A DNA stretch of 64,000 bases from Rubripirellula sp. (GTDB taxonomy: Bacteria > Planctomycetota > Planctomycetia > Pirellulales > Pirellulaceae), in contig OZ244207.1 of assembly GCA_965216875.1 (NCBI GenBank), positions 64,001-128,000 on the forward strand, read 5' to 3'. Below the pieces are notes generated by a model, which saw only the letters and a list, made by a program, of their open reading frames with translations, did no database searches and was not told the origin of the DNA. Below, piece by piece: positions 51,579 through 61,999 of the stretch (its first letter is position 1; each line of letters starts with the position of its first letter). The position numbers and the translations under genes were made by a program.

Positions 51579-53489
51579 TCACTCGAGTTCTTGAATCACG
51601 GTCGCAAATGGCACGTGCCGACAGATTCCGAATGACGGGTTCTTGGTGAGCCGGGAACGAACAAAACCGGGTGAGGAGAGGCCGCAAAGGAATCGGGCTC
51701 GGTCACGCACGGTTGTGAACCGGTCGGGATATTCGGCCGCCAATTGGTCGATCGCGGTCTTGGCCGAAGTGCCAATGGTCGTCGCCGATGGACCTGGGAT
51801 TTCGATCGCTCCCTCGCCTCGACAGGCCGTACAGCGACCACAGGGCTGAGCAAGTGATTCGCCAAAGTGTTCGGAAAGGATCGCCGATTGGCATTTGGGC
51901 GCCGCAGCGAGTTCAAAGACTTCGTCGAGACGGCCGATTTCGTTCTGCTCGCGACGACAAAGAAGATCAAACAGGTTGTCGGCCAACGTCTTGGTCGGTT
52001 GGTCGATGCGTTTGAGCCAGCGGTAGCCGTGAACCAAATCCGAGACCTGGACTTCGAGCCAGCCTTGCTCGGTCATGTAGTCGACGGCTTTGACGATTCG
52101 TTGACGCTCGGTGCCCAGTTTCTTTGTTGCGAGCACCATATTGAGCGTGAACCAAGTTCGCCCTTTGGTCAGCATTGAGAGAATGTTCGCAATGAATTGA
52201 CGCCGTTCGCCGTCAAAGTGGCTGAGGATTGTTTTCGAGGTGACCTTCGGTTTGATCTTGTACGTGTCGAATCGAGGCGAGGTCGCTTTCAGATAGCCAT
52301 CCAATTCGAGGTAGGTTAGAAGCGTGCGGACAACCAAAATGCGGATGTCAGCTTCACTCGAGAGTTTGTGATGCGAAACATAGAACTCGTCGGGTTGTCC
52401 GGCGATCAGGTCGATCAATCGGCCGACACTATGTCGGGAGGGCGTGTCACCAAAGGTAAAGTTTTCCAGGACGACACGGTCGTCTGGAACGAGCAACATT
52501 TCACAGACCGAGTCTTGCCCATCTCGTCCTGCGCGACCAATTTCCTGGGCGTAAGCTTCGAGAGACTTCGGTGGGTTGTAATGGTACACGTACCGCAGAT
52601 TTGATTTGTCGATTCCCATCCCGAAGGCGATCGTCGCGACGATGATGCAATCGTCCGACTCGAGAAAACGCTGCTGAATCTCTGCCCGCACCTCGTTGTC
52701 GAGGCCCGCATGGTAGGCTTCCGCACCGAGCCCATCTTCGGTCAACTTCTCAGCGATCTCCTCGGCTGTCTTTTGCAGCGATACGTACACCAAGGTTGGT
52801 CCGCGGGGACGCTCCTTCAAACGCTCGACAAGCAACTCGTATTGTTCGGTTCTGGTTGTGACGCAACTGCGAAGTTGCAAGTTTGGCCGATGGAACGTTG
52901 TGCGAATCGCATCTTCGGGTTCGATCGCAAACGCATCGCGAATGTCGGCCAGCACTTCGGGGGTCGCGGTTGCTGTCAGAGCAAGCATCCGTTCGGCCTC
53001 GAGGTGCCTCGCTTGCTCGGCCAGCTTCAAGTAGTCGGGGCGAAAGTTATGACCCCATTGGCTGATGCAGTGCGCTTCATCAACGGCGAACAAAGAAATC
53101 TTTAGCGATGCGATCGAGGCAAGAAACCGCTCGTTAAAGAAACGTTCTGGCGCGATGTAAAGAATCTTTGTCTCGCCATCTCGAACCGAATTCATGACAC
53201 CGCGAAACTCATCGCCACTCAACGTCGAATCAAGGCGCGCCGCGCGAATCCCTTTGTTGACTAACGCGTCACACTGGTCTTTCATCAACGCGATCAGCGG
53301 TGACACGATCAGTGTGGTGCCCTCCAGCATTTGGCTGGGAAGCTGGTAGCAAAGGCTTTTGCCTCCGCCGGTTGGAAAGACAGCGGCGACGTTCTTGCCA
53401 GCCAGCAAACGCTCGACGACCGCGTGTTGGCCTTCGCGGAATTGGTCCATGCCGAAGCGTTCGTTCAGGATTTGTATTGGGTCTCCCAT
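51579..53489 (-). CDS. recQ: RecQ family ATP-dependent DNA helicase (start 53489 or 53540)
   Basis: PTGGGKSLCYQ, VDEAHCISQWGHNFRPDY, LTATA, ATIAFGMGIDK, QEIGRAGRDG, CGRCTAC. Confidence 0.94.
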   Translation of the reverse strand: MGDPIQILNERFGMDQFREGQHAVVERLLAGKNVAAVFPTGGGKSLCYQLPSQMLEGTTLIVSPLIALMKDQCDALVNKGIRAARLDSTLSGDEFRGVMNSVRDGETKILYIAPERFFNERFLASIASLKISLFAVDEAHCISQWGHNFRPDYLKLAEQARHLEAERMLALTATATPEVLADIRDAFAIEPEDAIRTTFHRPNLQLRSCVTTRTEQYELLVERLKERPRGPTLVYVSLQKTAEEIAEKLTEDGLGAEAYHAGLDNEVRAEIQQRFLESDDCIIVATIAFGMGIDKSNLRYVYHYNPPKSLEAYAQEIGRAGRDGQDSVCEMLLVPDDRVVLENFTFGDTPSRHSVGRLIDLIAGQPDEFYVSHHKLSSEADIRILVVRTLLTYLELDGYLKATSPRFDTYKIKPKVTSKTILSHFDGERRQFIANILSMLTKGRTWFTLNMVLATKKLGTERQRIVKAVDYMTEQGWLEVQVSDLVHGYRWLKRIDQPTKTLADNLFDLLCRREQNEIGRLDEVFELAAAPKCQSAILSEHFGESLAQPCGRCTACRGEGAIEIPGPSATTIGTSAKTAIDQLAAEYPDRFTTVRDRARFLCGLSSPGFVRSRLTKNPSFGICRHVPFATVIQELE

Positions 53490-53688
53490 CACAGGATTCA
53501 GGGTCCTTCCGTAATTGGCGTCAGTTTTTGGGCTGCCCATTGTGTGATCCCAATCTCCGCGTTTGAAGCACCGGCTAATCACCCGGAAGTGTACAGGTGT
53601 TCATTTCGGCGTCAAGTACTTTTTCTAAGGGGCCTCGGCCGCGATGGGCTGGCAGCGAAGAGAATGCCAGGGCCGACGCCAGTGCCTT

Positions 53689-53834
53689 CGTAGCTACGCT
53701 CGCCAGAGCGTGGTCATACTGCGAGAGCGATCTAGCGATGGAAACCACCTTCTGGCGAAGGTTGCTTCCCATAGCGGAAAGCGTCCGAAGAGTGCGTTCC
53801 CACGCAGCGTCACGAGGGTGCGCGTGGGAACGAG
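53689..53834. repeat. GTAG REP doublet (family D) plus module C variant
   Basis: cgtagctacgctcgccagagcgtgg / ccaccttctggcgaaggttgct; gcgtccgaagagtgcgttcccacgc..gcgtgggaacgag. Confidence 0.85.
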
Positions 53835-53849
53835 GTTCAACAGCGTTGG

Positions 53850-56800
53850 CTAGAACAACGACGATTCCGCGAGCAGCTCGTCCAAGGCAGCATCGTTGAT
53901 GGCATCGTCGTCATCGTCCTGGATGAGCTCGCCGGCAAAGACAGGCCTGTCATCGTTGATTCCGTTGATGACCAACAACGCGTCAAGCGATGTGACGATG
54001 CCATCGGCCGAAGTATCCACAAAGCCGAAGAATGGCACAGCGTGGTCCAGTGCACTTGCGCCGGAGCCATAGCGTCCCATGAAATTGATGACGATCAATG
54101 CATCGACGGGGGAAACGTCGTCATTCGCATCGACATCCAGGGTGTCTCTCTGATTGGTCAAAGGAGTAGCACCGAGTTCAACTGCGACCGTCAGCGGAGT
54201 TTCACTAAACAGATCAAGAGGTCCTGGCTCGAAAGCTCGCACGGTCAGCTCATAGGTGCCCGCATCTGTTGGCCTCGGAAGCCCGGACAACGTTCGGCTT
54301 GCTTCGTCAAAATCGAGCCATTCGGGAAGTGAACCGTTGGCATCAAAGATCGCGATCGAAAACTCACGGCCTTCCGGGTCAACGATGAGGTCTTCGGGCA
54401 GGACGTATTCAAGTGGCTGTCCGCTACCGAGCGTGTCGATGGTCGGTGCCGCCGCCGTGAAGACGGGTGGTTCGTTGACGTCGTTGAGCAGCACGGCGAT
54501 GGTGCCGGTATTGGTCAACCCGCCGCTGTCAGTGACGCGAACTTGAAGTTCAAGCGGATCGGAGGGCACGTCGGCATCGAAGGTTGCACCGTTTGCAACG
54601 GTCAACACTCTGGTGTTCGGGTCGAGGTCAAAGAGTGACTGCGCGTTACCGCCGATGATCACGGTGGTTGCAAAGTCGACTTGGTCCTCGTCGCGCACCT
54701 GAACTTCCACTTTGCCAACTGGCGTGCCTGGGGTTGCCAGTTCCGACACGATCACTTCGTCGGTGATCAACGAGGGTGCGTCGTTTTCGTCGCGAAGGTT
54801 GACCGTCAAACGTTGAACCGAGGCGGGGTCACCCGCAGCGGTCAACTCAAAATCGATTTCAAAAGTCGGGTCCGTTTCAAAATCGAGCACCGCTCCTGCG
54901 CGAACGGTCAGTTCATTGCTGGTCGGATCAAACGTGAAGTTCGACGCGTCTGCAGAGTTCAGCATGCGAATTGCATAGTCCGCGATCACATTCTCTGGAT
55001 CGTGACCTTGAAGTGTTGCGACGGGAGTTCCTGCAGCCGCGTTTTCGACCAATTCGACCGATCCTGGGCTCAGGATTCCGGGTTCGTTGACGTTGTTGAT
55101 CAACAATGTGATGGTCGCTTGGCTCGCCTCGGGCGGTTGTCCGTTGTCGCTGACACGAACATCAAGGGTGTAGCTTGTCGCCGTTTCGAAATCGACGACC
55201 GCTCCTGGGCGAACAAAAATCGCTCCGTCGTCGCTGACGTCAAAGATGGCGTCCCCGCTACCGCCAAGCAGCTCAAAGGCGTGCTGTTGGTCACTATCTG
55301 GGTCGGCCACAAGCAACTGCGCGACGGTGCCGACGCTGTTCTCGCGAACCAAGAACGCCGTCGAGCTGATCAGAGGTGTGTCGTTCTGATCAATGACATG
55401 GATGACTTGCGTGTACGACGTGACAGCCGGGGTCGGCGCGCTATCGCGAATCAGGACGTTGAGTTCGAGTCGGTCTTGCTGTTCAAAATCGATGCCAGCT
55501 TCATTGATGAGTGTGATCAGGCCATTGGAATCATCGACGTTGAAGATCCCTGCCCCCGATCCACCGATGACGGTGAAGGTCAGATCGTTGTCCATCGTAT
55601 CGGGGTCGGCTGCTTGAATCTGTCCAATCGCCGTTCCATTGATCGTGCCTTCTGCCACCTCGAAGACTTCCGCGTCGACGATTGGGTCCTCGTTGACATC
55701 AAGTAGATTGATCAAGACGTTGGCGGTGTCGCTTGCTCCCAATGGATCGGTCACCGAAACGGTCAAGGCGAGCATCGGAGTCTGCTCGAAGTCGAGCACC
55801 GCATTGGGCGCGACGCTCAAGATCCCGCTCACAGGGTCAATGAGGAATCCTAGATCCTCTCCCGATTCGATCGCAAAGGTCGATGATTGAGGGTCGGGGT
55901 CCTGACTCGTGATGGCACCAATTTCGGTTCCGGGTGGCGCGTTTTCGTCGACTGCAAAAATGAACTCGTCATCGAGCGATGGGGCACTGTTTTGACGCAG
56001 CAGGAAATCGATTTGAAGGTTTTCGTTGTCGGTGATCCGAGCCATCTGACCACTGCCACCAATCAAACCTTCGGATTCGCCGTCTTGCAAAACGGTGATG
56101 TCGTAGTTGCCTGGCCGCAAATAGGGCAACTCATACATGCCTTGCGCGTTGCTGATTCCCGCTGCTTCGCTTTGCACATAGGCGAAGTTATCGAATCGAG
56201 CCAGCGACGCACTGCCACGAATGTTCTCGGCGTACGCGACCGCGAAGGCAATGTCCTCGTCCGCGGAGGTGACGGTCACCGTCGTTCGTTGTTGACGAAT
56301 GACGACATCGCTGACGTTGGTTGCGACCAATTCGCCAGCCGCGTTGTAGGCGGCGAGCCTTCCATAGGTCGCACCAAAGACTCCCTCAGCACCGATGACC
56401 TGAATCGAAACTTCCTTGGCAGGACGGTAGAGGTCAAATCGAAGCCGGCGTGTGCTTTGGAACGTGTCGGTGGGCGGCGGATCGTCGCCACCCACTTGAG
56501 CTGCCGCAAAGATTCGATTGAACAGCGTGGCATTCCCCGCCGTCTCACGAACGCTTTCCACAGGGAAGCCAAGGATCTGGTTGTTGGACCCCGCCGTCGA
56601 AATCGTCACGCCTTCAAAGGCATTGCGAATGGGATGAGGGCCCGTCGGATCGGCTGGGTTGATGGCTTGGTTCGGATCGACGACGAAATTGACGTCGTCT
56701 CGCTGCTGATTTCCGTTGAGGTCTGCAAAGACCGTGACGTTGGCAAGCGGCTCAGGATTGCTCACCACACCAACAGGGTTGTTCGGTGGCAGGAACTCAA

Positions 56801-59402
56801 CCGTGCCACGAACGCCGCCCACGAAATTGCTCTTACCAAGATGGTCGGCATCTCGTCCGCTGAACGCAGGGTGACTCGGATCGCCATTTTGACCCGCCAA
56901 GAATTCAAACGCCAAAGCACGCCCGGTGTTGGGATCGACACCCGTCGAATAGACGTCACCAAAGACCCAATCATCAACCCGGCTACCGACGGAGTCTCCG
57001 ATCCGGGCAGCGTAGCCTGATCCGAGTGCCCGCGAAACCTCAACGCCACTTTCGACGATCACGTTCAACCGGTTCGGCGGAGCGGTGTCTTGCAAGAGGA
57101 TTTGGCCATAGGCTTGGCGACTGGTCACGCCGCCAGGGTGAATGGAAACCGAATCGCGAATCTCCCAGTCAGCAAGTAGTCCGGTGGAGTCAGCGCGACC
57201 ATCCTGGTTTGCGTCGATCGATTCACCCACAACCGGTGGGACCGATGACGTGATCAAGAAGTAGCCGTTGGCGCCGCCGTCGCCGTTGAGTCGATTGGCT
57301 CCGTCATCGGCGTCAGAATAAATGTCGCCAGGCAATCCACCGAATCCGGCTGAGGTCGACGCCAAGGTCAGGCTCGCCGGATCTGTCACACTCAAGCTGT
57401 CGAGCTGAACCAAATTCAAGAAGCCATTGGCGCCCAGTGCTTGGTCGCTCAAATCGATCACGGTGTGAATCGTGCCCGCCGCGTTGTTGTCTTCGTCCAC
57501 AACAACGAAGTAGGTGTTCGCTGGGATCTTGCCCCCGGCAGGGCCGCGGATCTCGAGGTACTGGTCTCTATCGGGACTGCCCATCTGCGGATCAAGCATG
57601 ATCTCGTTGATGTAGTAACCAGGGTCACCTCGATCAATCCCCACGGGGATCGAGTCTGCAAGGCCAAAGTCGACATTGGTCCGCGTCTCATCGCCAAGGT
57701 TGACCAAATGCGGTACATCACCGAATCGATTGTGTTGCAGCGACTCGGCGTCCAAACGACTCTGCGCGAGCAGTGGACCAGAGGACACATTTCCGGTGTC
57801 GGGGTCAACAAGTAACGATTGCGTGTTTCCGGGAGATGCGTCGTCGAGCATCAAGAAACCGTTGCCGTCAAAGGCAAGCGACGTGCTGTCGATTGGCAAA
57901 TTGGCGGTTGCCAACAACCGACCGACACCGTCCGTTTCAAACTCAAAGAATTGATCGGTCGAATTGCTGAATCCAACGACGCGTTGACTTACGTAGTCAA
58001 ATGCCAGATCGCTGACCGTTCCGACGCCAGCCAGTCCGCCAGCGCCAAGCGATTGGATCGGTGCGGCGATCGCGTCATAGGCGGCTCCAGGCGTTGTCCC
58101 GGAATCGAGGACGGTGCCCGCCCCGGTTTCGGGGTCGATTTGAATCACACTCTGACTTGCGCTGTTGGTGGTCGCGAACAGCGAACCGTCTGCGGCCACG
58201 GTCAGTGATCGCAATTCACCTGCGCCCGAGAAGGCTGGATTGGGCAATTGCGTTGCCCGCCCCGTATCAGGATCGACGGTAAAAAGGTGCGAAGCATTAA
58301 TGACGTAGTGGACGCCATCGGGACCAATGTCAAACCCCGTGACCGCAATCGGACGCGAAAACAGATCGCGGATCGGAACCGGATTGCTTGTCGCGCCGGT
58401 CGTCGTGTCGATTCGATAGAGTGTCGAATTGGTTTCCGAGACACCCATCAGCTGGTCAAGGCGATTGAATCCGATGGCTGAGATTGCGCGATCGAGATTT
58501 GCGACTGTGTTTCCCGCAGCATCGGCTTCGGTCACCGCGTAGCGGTTGAGCGTACTTGATGCCGAGACGCCGAACAGCACACCATCGCTTCGAGCGTCAA
58601 GCGACTGCGAACGTGGCGGCAAGGTGCTGCCAGGGACCAACGTCGCGTTTTCTGTTGCCAAATCAAAATTGTAGAACCGACGTGAAAAGTTCATGACCAG
58701 CAGATCGGTCGGCGTTACTGCGGCTGTCGACCCGAGCTGACCAGAAAAGCGATTGACCGTTGCAATCGATACATCGCCATCAACGTTGATCACCGTATAG
58801 ATAGTGTCGGTGCCGGCGTCGTAGGCGAGGCCTGATTCAAGATCGACACCCGCCCGCGAAAGCTCGGTCTGGGCCCCAGTGATGGGATCAAGCGAATAGA
58901 TGGTGTCGCTGGTTGCGTTGATCCCCAACAACGAACCGTCGTTGGTACGGACCACGTCATCCATGTTCACGGAGTGAAAGCTAGGAAAGAACTGTGCGAA
59001 TCCGTCTTGGGCAAGATCGAACACGCGGTTGGATCCAAGGCCCTGGGTCCCTGATCCAATGAAGTTGGTGGGAAAGGTCTGGACTCCGCCCGACGAATCG
59101 ATTCGCACCCGGTAGCCGCGTGGTGCGATGTTCTCAAAAGAGTACTCACCGTTGGCGTCGGTGAAGGTCGATGGTTCGTTCGGGTCGGCCTGACGGTTGT
59201 TGTTGAAGTCGACGTAAACCTGGACATTCTGTGCGCCTGATTCCGCCGGGTCTCGGACACCGTCGGAGTTGTCGTCAACAAACACCGTGCCCGTTATCGC
59301 GGCTAACAAACAACGTTGTTCAAGCGATTCAAAAAGCGTTCGTCGTTTGCTACGTTTCCGGTCCTTTTTCGATGCCGCTACTCGCGCTGCTGAATGGATC
59401 AT
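53850..59402 (-). CDS. Large surface protein: LEPR-XLL, SdrD B-like, beta-propeller-like repeats, cadherin repeats, Ig-like, C-terminal dockerin-like domain
   Basis: FESLEQRCLLA; ITGTVFVDDNSDG; repeated DFE..DVNE.P cadherin motifs; LPEWLDFD; DVDANDDVSPVDALIVIN..DTSADGIVTSLDALLVIN. Confidence 0.9.
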   Translation of the reverse strand: MIHSAARVAASKKDRKRSKRRTLFESLEQRCLLAAITGTVFVDDNSDGVRDPAESGAQNVQVYVDFNNNRQADPNEPSTFTDANGEYSFENIAPRGYRVRIDSSGGVQTFPTNFIGSGTQGLGSNRVFDLAQDGFAQFFPSFHSVNMDDVVRTNDGSLLGINATSDTIYSLDPITGAQTELSRAGVDLESGLAYDAGTDTIYTVINVDGDVSIATVNRFSGQLGSTAAVTPTDLLVMNFSRRFYNFDLATENATLVPGSTLPPRSQSLDARSDGVLFGVSASSTLNRYAVTEADAAGNTVANLDRAISAIGFNRLDQLMGVSETNSTLYRIDTTTGATSNPVPIRDLFSRPIAVTGFDIGPDGVHYVINASHLFTVDPDTGRATQLPNPAFSGAGELRSLTVAADGSLFATTNSASQSVIQIDPETGAGTVLDSGTTPGAAYDAIAAPIQSLGAGGLAGVGTVSDLAFDYVSQRVVGFSNSTDQFFEFETDGVGRLLATANLPIDSTSLAFDGNGFLMLDDASPGNTQSLLVDPDTGNVSSGPLLAQSRLDAESLQHNRFGDVPHLVNLGDETRTNVDFGLADSIPVGIDRGDPGYYINEIMLDPQMGSPDRDQYLEIRGPAGGKIPANTYFVVVDEDNNAAGTIHTVIDLSDQALGANGFLNLVQLDSLSVTDPASLTLASTSAGFGGLPGDIYSDADDGANRLNGDGGANGYFLITSSVPPVVGESIDANQDGRADSTGLLADWEIRDSVSIHPGGVTSRQAYGQILLQDTAPPNRLNVIVESGVEVSRALGSGYAARIGDSVGSRVDDWVFGDVYSTGVDPNTGRALAFEFLAGQNGDPSHPAFSGRDADHLGKSNFVGGVRGTVEFLPPNNPVGVVSNPEPLANVTVFADLNGNQQRDDVNFVVDPNQAINPADPTGPHPIRNAFEGVTISTAGSNNQILGFPVESVRETAGNATLFNRIFAAAQVGGDDPPPTDTFQSTRRLRFDLYRPAKEVSIQVIGAEGVFGATYGRLAAYNAAGELVATNVSDVVIRQQRTTVTVTSADEDIAFAVAYAENIRGSASLARFDNFAYVQSEAAGISNAQGMYELPYLRPGNYDITVLQDGESEGLIGGSGQMARITDNENLQIDFLLRQNSAPSLDDEFIFAVDENAPPGTEIGAITSQDPDPQSSTFAIESGEDLGFLIDPVSGILSVAPNAVLDFEQTPMLALTVSVTDPLGASDTANVLINLLDVNEDPIVDAEVFEVAEGTINGTAIGQIQAADPDTMDNDLTFTVIGGSGAGIFNVDDSNGLITLINEAGIDFEQQDRLELNVLIRDSAPTPAVTSYTQVIHVIDQNDTPLISSTAFLVRENSVGTVAQLLVADPDSDQQHAFELLGGSGDAIFDVSDDGAIFVRPGAVVDFETATSYTLDVRVSDNGQPPEASQATITLLINNVNEPGILSPGSVELVENAAAGTPVATLQGHDPENVIADYAIRMLNSADASNFTFDPTSNELTVRAGAVLDFETDPTFEIDFELTAAGDPASVQRLTVNLRDENDAPSLITDEVIVSELATPGTPVGKVEVQVRDEDQVDFATTVIIGGNAQSLFDLDPNTRVLTVANGATFDADVPSDPLELQVRVTDSGGLTNTGTIAVLLNDVNEPPVFTAAAPTIDTLGSGQPLEYVLPEDLIVDPEGREFSIAIFDANGSLPEWLDFDEASRTLSGLPRPTDAGTYELTVRAFEPGPLDLFSETPLTVAVELGATPLTNQRDTLDVDANDDVSPVDALIVINFMGRYGSGASALDHAVPFFGFVDTSADGIVTSLDALLVINGINDDRPVFAGELIQDDDDDAINDAALDELLAESSLF

Positions 59403-59611
59403 GAGCTTCTCGGAAAAAGTGATAATGCATAAAGAACATTCAAAAACTAGTGGCGGTCACCGGCACGCTATGCGTCCGGTTGTAAGGATGATTCCGCTAA
59501 TAGGGATAAAATTGCCACCACGTGCATGAAGCCTTAGGATAGATGTGGGCTACGACCGGAACAACTGAAAAAGGGTTCGCGACCGCCAATTGGGGGTGGC
59601 GCTAAAGCGTG

Positions 59612-60673
59612 ATGGATTTCGCTGCAGATTTCACAGCCATCGACTTCGAAACAGCGAGTCGACGAACGGACAGTGCCTGTCAACTTGCGGCAGTGCGCGT
59701 GCGAGAAGGACGGATCGTTAATGAAGCGATGTGGATGATTCGCCCCCGTCCGCTGTACTTCAGCCCGATGAACATCCAGATCCATGGCATTCGCCCTGCC
59801 GACGTCAGGGATGCACCCGAGTTCGGCGACTTGTGGCCCGAAGTCCTTGATACGTTTGGTGACGATTGCCTGGTTGCGCACAACGCTGGTTTCGACATTG
59901 GCGTTCTTCTGGCATGTCTGCGGACGCATCGATTGCAGGTACCTGAAATCCAGTACACCTGTACGCGGAGCATCGCGCGCAAGGCTTGGCCAAGTCGACC
60001 GCGTTTTGGATTAAAGCCGCTTGCACAGTGGTTGGGTATTCGCTTCCAGCACCACGATGCACTCGAAGATTCCATTGCGTGTGCCAAACTTCTGTTGGCT
60101 GCAGGCATTGATGCCGAGGCGACCAGTCTTGAAGACCTTGAACGCAAGCTACGAATCAAACGGGGCTCGGCTGGTGAATGGGGCATCAAACGCCCTGGTT
60201 CGCGTTCGGCCCGGCGGAAGCCTCGGCGCGCCGATCCCCCCCAGCGACAGGTTGGCTTGCCATTCCACTGGCCCGGCCAAGAGAAACGCGTCAAAGAAAC
60301 TTCATCCGAGTATGAGTTTGGGTCGCACGAAATGCAGCGGCTGTTGATCCGCGCCGACTTCATTCGTCCACTTTCTGGCCAACGTGTCGTCTTGGCGGGG
60401 CGGTTTCGCAAGCTGGGCGATGATGAGGTCAAGACGCTGACTTTGCGGCTGGGTGGCGACTGCGACGAGCACGTGACCGATCGAACGGACATGGTGGTGG
60501 TCGGCGCGCCGCACGCCGAAGGATCCGAGGCACCGCAGAATGTGGCTCAATTGCGCCAAAACGCCGAACGTCTTCGTGCTTCGGGGAAGGCGGTCAAAAT
60601 CCTCAACGAAATCGAGTATCTCAGGCATTGCCAGGAATTGTTGGTCGGTTCGGCTGGTGCGCGCAGCCAATGA
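59612..60673 (+). CDS. DnaQ-like DEDDh 3'-5' exonuclease with C-terminal BRCT-like domain
   Basis: AIDFETA, VAHNAGFD, HHDALED; LSGQRVVLAG..VTDRTDMVVVG..ILNEIEY. Confidence 0.9.
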   Translation: MDFAADFTAIDFETASRRTDSACQLAAVRVREGRIVNEAMWMIRPRPLYFSPMNIQIHGIRPADVRDAPEFGDLWPEVLDTFGDDCLVAHNAGFDIGVLLACLRTHRLQVPEIQYTCTRSIARKAWPSRPRFGLKPLAQWLGIRFQHHDALEDSIACAKLLLAAGIDAEATSLEDLERKLRIKRGSAGEWGIKRPGSRSARRKPRRADPPQRQVGLPFHWPGQEKRVKETSSEYEFGSHEMQRLLIRADFIRPLSGQRVVLAGRFRKLGDDEVKTLTLRLGGDCDEHVTDRTDMVVVGAPHAEGSEAPQNVAQLRQNAERLRASGKAVKILNEIEYLRHCQELLVGSAGARSQ

Positions 60674-60756
60674 CCCGGTTTGGGCTCTGTTAGGTTTCAG
60701 CCCCGAAAAACGACAACCCGCCACTTCCAATCTCGCCCAACGGCGCGAAAAAACCA

Positions 60757-61866
60757 ATGCGACATCCGCTGACAGCATTCATCGCGATACTCTTGGTCCT
60801 TGCCGTCCTTTCCGTTGCCCGCAAACCACTTGTGGCACAACCACCGCAAAACGCCCAACGTCCTGAACGCGAAAGTGCAACCGGCGCAAACATGCCTGCT
60901 GATGACATCGACAAGGATTCCGGTTCGAACGAAAAAGATTCGGCGGAAGGGGAATCCAACGTGACGCTACGTTGGAACCTCGCAACCAAGACCGCAGGTG
61001 GCACACAATTCTGGACGGATCACGTATGGCGCGAGGGCTACCGTATTCAACAAAACTCGCTCACCAACCATTGGCGGCTCGTCGATGCAGGCGATGTTCG
61101 CCGCGCTTGGGGCACGCGATCACAATGCGAAGAAGCGCTGCGGTTGGCCAAGCCGCCCCAAGTCAATCGAGATCCGTCGCCAGGTCAGGAAACGAAGTCT
61201 GGTGACAAGCACGTGATCGTCCTCTTGCACGGTCTGATGCGAACCCATCACTCGATGAAGCCACTTGAAGAGGCGCTGCACGCCAAGAACCACGACTTGG
61301 TGATTCGTTTCTCCTACGCGAGTACACGCCGGTCGATCAGTGATCACGCCGCGGCCTTGCGTGAAGTCATCGAGCAGTTGCCCGATGACACGCGTTTTAG
61401 TTTTGTCGGCCACAGCATGGGCAACATTGTTGTGCGTCATCTGATTGGTGACCTGCAACGAAGTGGCGACCCGCACCAAATCCTCGAGCGATGTGATTCG
61501 ATGGTCATGCTTGGCCCGCCCAATCAGGGAGCGTTGATTGCTCGACGACTTGCACCTACCGGCGTCTTTGAGTTCGTCACTGGCAAAGGCGGCATGGAAC
61601 TGGGGCCGCAATGGGAAAAACTCAAAGAGAAACTCGCCACACCGACATTTCCGTTCGCGATCATTGCCGGCGATGTCTCGGAAAACAAAGTGCAAAACCC
61701 GCTTGTCGACGGATCAAGCGACTTTGTTGTCACGGTCGAAGAATCCAAACTCGAAGGGGCCGCCATGTTTCAAGCGGTGCCGGTTCTGCACAGCTTCTTG
61801 ATGAATGACGAAACGGTGATCGAGATGACGATCGACTTTCTGGATCACCACGTCAAATCGCTCTGA
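60757..61866 (+). CDS. Secreted alpha/beta hydrolase (lipase/esterase-like)
   Basis: LLHGL, VGHSMG, LGPPNQG, SDFVV, LHSFLM. Confidence 0.88.
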   Translation: MRHPLTAFIAILLVLAVLSVARKPLVAQPPQNAQRPERESATGANMPADDIDKDSGSNEKDSAEGESNVTLRWNLATKTAGGTQFWTDHVWREGYRIQQNSLTNHWRLVDAGDVRRAWGTRSQCEEALRLAKPPQVNRDPSPGQETKSGDKHVIVLLHGLMRTHHSMKPLEEALHAKNHDLVIRFSYASTRRSISDHAAALREVIEQLPDDTRFSFVGHSMGNIVVRHLIGDLQRSGDPHQILERCDSMVMLGPPNQGALIARRLAPTGVFEFVTGKGGMELGPQWEKLKEKLATPTFPFAIIAGDVSENKVQNPLVDGSSDFVVTVEESKLEGAAMFQAVPVLHSFLMNDETVIEMTIDFLDHHVKSL

Positions 61867-61884
61867 TCGTTTAGCATGCTTTGT

Positions 61885-61960
61885 GTAGCTGCGCTCGCCA
61901 GAGCGTGGTGCGCTGGAGGGCGGTCACCCAACACATTCCACCTTCTGGCGAAGGTGCTAC
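61885..61960. repeat. GTAG REP doublet (family D)
   Basis: gtagctgcgctcgccagagcgtgg / ccaccttctggcgaaggtgctac between convergent genes. Confidence 0.85.
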
Positions 61961-61999
61961 CAACGGCTGACGGTAGAGATGTTTGGATCTTTCCGCTGC

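Noticed and set aside
54681..57020. 341- and 377-aa plus-strand ORFs
   Set aside because: Antisense shadows of the cadherin-repeat gene
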